Below are positions 60,250 through 64,000 of a stretch of 64,000 nt of DNA, piece by piece. The stretch covers positions 1-64,000 of the forward strand of contig MCFE01000046.1 in NCBI GenBank assembly GCA_002104905.1, read 5' to 3'. The translations under genes were made by a program, and so were the position numbers. The first letter of the stretch is position 1; each line of letters starts with the position of its first letter. Origin of the DNA: Basidiobolus meristosporus CBS 931.73. Lineage: Eukaryota > Fungi > Basidiobolomycota. The notes beneath the pieces are model-generated. The model saw only the letters and a list, made by a program, of their open reading frames with translations, did no database searches and was not told the DNA's origin.

Positions 60250-60860
60250 CAAGATTTGCACACATGCTGTTGGGGCCTACCTAAGAGTATACCTCATGCT
60301 TGATTTGCCTAGACCATGTAAAAGTATAAATACTACCTTTACACTCAATAAATTGTCACGTAAAAACCACATGGTCTCTTTGCTCTTGCAATCACTTCCA
60401 GTATCTTCAAGCTCTCACCATAGGCTACAAATCCTTAACTGGCACTCTCTGCAATGACTATTACCACCATCCCTGGAATTTTCTCCTCTGATGAAAATTT
60501 GGATGGATTTAACTACTAAATACGGAAAGTGAAGATGAAGAAGTTGCTACAGGAAAGAGACCATTGGGATATTGTTATGGGAGGAGAATGCCCTCCCAAA
60601 GACAAAAACTAAGTTAAAGAGTGTGTAGCACTTGTCAAAAGAGGCCCCAAGACTATGTGTGCAAAGTTTGTGGTCTTTTGGACAACTTTGAAAAGGTCAT
60701 AATCTGGGTCCCTAACAATTTGGCAGATACATTTGAAGTAAATCCCAACAAGAAATTTGGCCAGGACAGAATGCTAATCACAGCATAAGATCTATGTGAC
60801 TATGTTTGTGTAAAAATCAAGGTGATAGCATAATTAATATAATACTCCCACTCAACATAA
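60250..60860. mobile_element. Old Copia relic: partial LTR, decayed gag start, opposite-strand LTR fragment
   Basis: ctctctgcaatgact...gaaagtgaagatgaagaagttgctacaggaaagag matches gag 35880-36030 with stops. Confidence 0.75.
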
Positions 60861-61146
60861 TGCTCATTAGTCCTACGTACATATTGAGAGTTTGCAATCT
60901 GTGATAAGTACATAAACTACAGCCATGTTGCTGGCTGGACTAATGTATTATCCAACAGTATATATATTTGTGTTTAGCTCAGCTGAAAAGGTGCCCTGTA
61001 ACTAAATGTTCTTATCTACCTAATAGTAGGCCTCAAAATCAGAGTGATCTGAAAGTTATACTGATCATCAACTTTGATCACTTACACATGCATGAGTAAT
61101 GAGCTGAGCTTAATTTTCAGATTCTAATCATGCTATATAGCCTTTG

Positions 61147-61495
61147 TGTTGTCAGAGTCTTGGAGATATTGGAAGTGATTTGGAGGACAAGTAGATTATG
61201 TGGTTTTCACTTAATGATTTATTGAATGTAAAAGTAGTATTTATACTTTTACATGCTCTTGGCAAATCAAACACGTATAATAGATCAAGAAAAGCCCCAA
61301 AAACATGTGTGCAAAGTTTGGGGCTGTTTGGACAACTTTGAGAATTTTTATGTTCTGGGTACCTGGTATTTTGGTGAAATCACTCTAAGTAAATCCCAAC
61401 AAGGAATCTGGTCAGTATTCTCTAGGATTTGAAGGTAATGATCTAAGTGACTAAGTTAGGTGAATATTTTGCTGGAACTACAAGCTTTTACAACA
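61147..61495 (-). mobile_element. Copia solo LTR (349 bp)
   Basis: TG...CA ends; collinear with 30050-30399. Confidence 0.88.
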
Positions 61496-62193
61496 CTCTA
61501 GGCAATCCAATGCCACTTGTCTGAGCAAAATGTTCCTACTTTTAGTCAGGTTAAGGTTTTGTCATTTATAACAAATCTGGAGTTTCCTTATTTCTTGGCT
61601 AGAGTCTAGTTCATTGGGACAGCTTCACTGTGTGTCCATATTAGGCTCAGGGACAGTTACTTGCATCATAAAGACTGTATTTGGGTTATGTATAATGATC
61701 CACTATGATTCAAGTTAAAGCTTAGACATTTATAGAAGACCTGGTGTTTCCATATCCTTAGGTAACAGTATAACTCATTTAGACCACTTCACTACTTGTC
61801 TATTATTGTCTCAGGTACAGTTGCTTCAATTATATAGACTCTTTATGATGGTAAATAGCATGACCTACTTTGTACCAAGTTTAGGTTTTATCATTAATGC
61901 CTGATCAGGTGTTTCCTCAATTCCTGGCTTTGTGGCACAAACAACATAGCCAAAAAGGTTTTCACTCTACTCTGAACAGTGCTGACCTACCCCCACATGA
62001 ACAATGTCTGTTTAGTTATTAGAATCTACAAAACTGATCCAGAATAGTCATCTTTGTCTTCTTTTAGCATCAATGACTTTCTTTGGTTCATATGATGCTT
62101 GGTAGCTACTCTGAATGCAAATCTACTGATTTAGATTGATACAGCTGATTTTGTATTATTGGAATATACTGATAGAACAGAGATTACCACTTT

Positions 62194-62542
62194 AGTTGTA
62201 AAAATTTGTAATTCCACCTATATATTCACCTAACTTAGTCACTTAGATCATTACCTTCAAATCCTAGAGAATACTGATCAAATTCCTTGTTGGGATTTAC
62301 TTGGAATATTTTCACCAAAATACCAGGTACCCAGAACATGAGAATTCTCAAAGTTGTCCAAACAGCCCCAAACTTTGCGCACATGTTCTTGGGACCTTCC
62401 TCAACCTATTCTATGTGTTTGTAATGCCAAGACCAGGTAAAAGTATAAATACTACTTTTACATTCAATAGCTCATTAAGTGAAAACCACATAATCTACTT
62501 GTTCTCCCAATCATTTCTAATATCTCCAAGACTCTTACAGTA
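62194..62542 (+). mobile_element. Copia solo LTR with ACTTT target-site duplication
   Basis: Collinear with the LTR, both ends mutated; ACTTT at 62189-62193 and 62543-62547. Confidence 0.88.
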
Positions 62543-63620
62543 ACTTTATAGTTGTGAGACTCATCTCAAAAAGGGCTTAGATTGATCATGTTCCCCCAAT
62601 AGCTATTTTCAACCTTGAGCTTGATTTGCAAAGCCAAGTGATCTTATCAGCATCTTTGGAATCCACAAAAGCCATTTGGTCAATTCTTGCACATTTTTCT
62701 TTCAGCTCAATAGACAGCAGATGTCAGGACTTCTGGATCAGCCCTTAGAGAGATAGTTGTGAGGTTCCCATCAAAAGAGTGTTACAAAATTAGGATCCTA
62801 TGACTAAAATGTATTAATCCCATTAGGCCACCATGTAAAGACCGTAAAAAAATAATTGCACCCCAGATTTCACAAAAAACCTGGTCAAAGCTTCTGATCA
62901 CAACAATATGTAAGTGGCTCTGATTGTTCTCTGCAAAGTCCCTTGCTTTCTGATCCCAGACACTGCATCACCTCCTACATCTGTTTACATTGATTGGCTA
63001 TTGCCACCGTTTCTCACTCCTTACTTACTGACTCAAACAGCTCTCTTACTTCTCATGCATAAAAGTGGATTGATTTCTATTCAATTTTTAGTTGCAATGC
63101 AATTGCCAATTGTACTGACCTACCCAAGTTGCTATACCAAGCAATAGCACTAAGCCCAACCCCACACTCTACAAGTAACTCCATCACAATCCACTATTCA
63201 ATAAGTATTCTTGCTGTAACACCCTTTTTCTGTGACTGCCATGTTAGAGAACATATTATTATCTGCATTGGAGATAGCCTAGTCATCAACAAGATAGCTG
63301 GCTTTTCTGGATACAATGGATAGCATTGCTATCAAATGTGTGAGACCCAGGGGGCCTACTCCATAGCCCACACACATTATCATTATCCAAACACCAATAC
63401 TAAGGACATTATCTTCCCATAAAGAGATGACCAGAGGTCAGCATGCACTTACAGTAAAGCTGGTGGCTATAAGCCATTGGCCATTACATGGAATTAATCA
63501 TAAATCAAAGTTATTAAAGATTGAGGGAATCCATTGAAGCAAAAGCTTCCATGGGGGGCAATGCATTTACTCTTCAACAATATTCCCCAACTAATGACCA
63601 AATTATATGTGAGGAGTTTC

Positions 63621-64000
63621 TGTTGTAAATTTGTAGTTCCACTTAAATATTCATCTAGCTTAGTCACTTAGATTACTACATACTAATTATGGAGTATACT
63701 GACCATATTACTTGTCGGGATTCATCTTGAATATTCTTACCAAAACATCTGATACCCAGAACATGAGAATACTCAAAGTGGCTCAAACAGCCCTAAGCTT
63801 TAAACAGATTTTCTTGGGATCTTTCTAAATCTATTCTAGATGCTCTATATGCCAAGACCATGTGAAACCATAAATACTACTTTTACATTCAATAGGTTAT
63901 CAGGTGAAAAGCACATAATCTACCTGCTCTCCCAACCACTTTTAGTATCTCCAAGACTCTTGCAACAGGTTTTGAGCTCTAAGCTTTCACTCTCTGCAAT
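63621..64000 (+). mobile_element. 5' LTR (63621-63967), decayed PBS and gag leader of an older Copia continuing beyond the window
   Basis: TGTTGTAA...GCAACA followed by ggttttgagctct aagctttcactctctgcaat (compare 35858-35890). Confidence 0.85.

Noticed and set aside
62545-63620. Possible LINE or other transposon relic
   Set aside because: No RT, endonuclease or transposase motif recoverable by eye.

Overview
Eukaryotic, fungal-type genomic window with short ~60-bp GT-AG introns. The gene set (CSL factor, hybrid histidine kinase, CBM19-like modules) points to an early-diverging fungus; that is inference. Layout: (1) 1-4.6 kb, the 3' part of a Ty3/Gypsy element without a chromodomain. Its 5' end is replaced by a noisy fold-back palindrome, probably an artefact, and its 3' LTR ends 9-10 bp upstream of a tRNA-Ile gene. 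(2) 4.7-10.9 kb, a dense tRNA cluster of 16 genes for 12 different amino acids, with a 4327-bp period. (3) 10.9-26.6 kb, a gene block: CSL, PMC1-type Ca-ATPase, cytochrome b5, a hypothetical protein, TrpRS and a membrane hybrid histidine kinase. (4) 27.6-41.5 kb, a nest of one Ty1/Copia family, with two young ~4.7-kb head-to-head copies carrying a half-tRNA-iMet-type primer-binding site. (5) 41.8-58.0 kb, one ~16-kb gene for a ~5,370-aa secreted protein: six Cys-rich CBM19-like modules, a ~2,200-aa His/Ser-rich region, ~2,300 aa of Thr/Val repeats and a C-terminal CBM19-like module. (6) 59.9-64 kb, solo LTRs and Copia relics. Best candidates for new biology are the giant His-rich chitin-binding adhesin-like protein and the one-of-each tRNA cassette with a tRNA-targeting Gypsy. 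Several frameshifts look like long-read indel errors and need raw-read checks.
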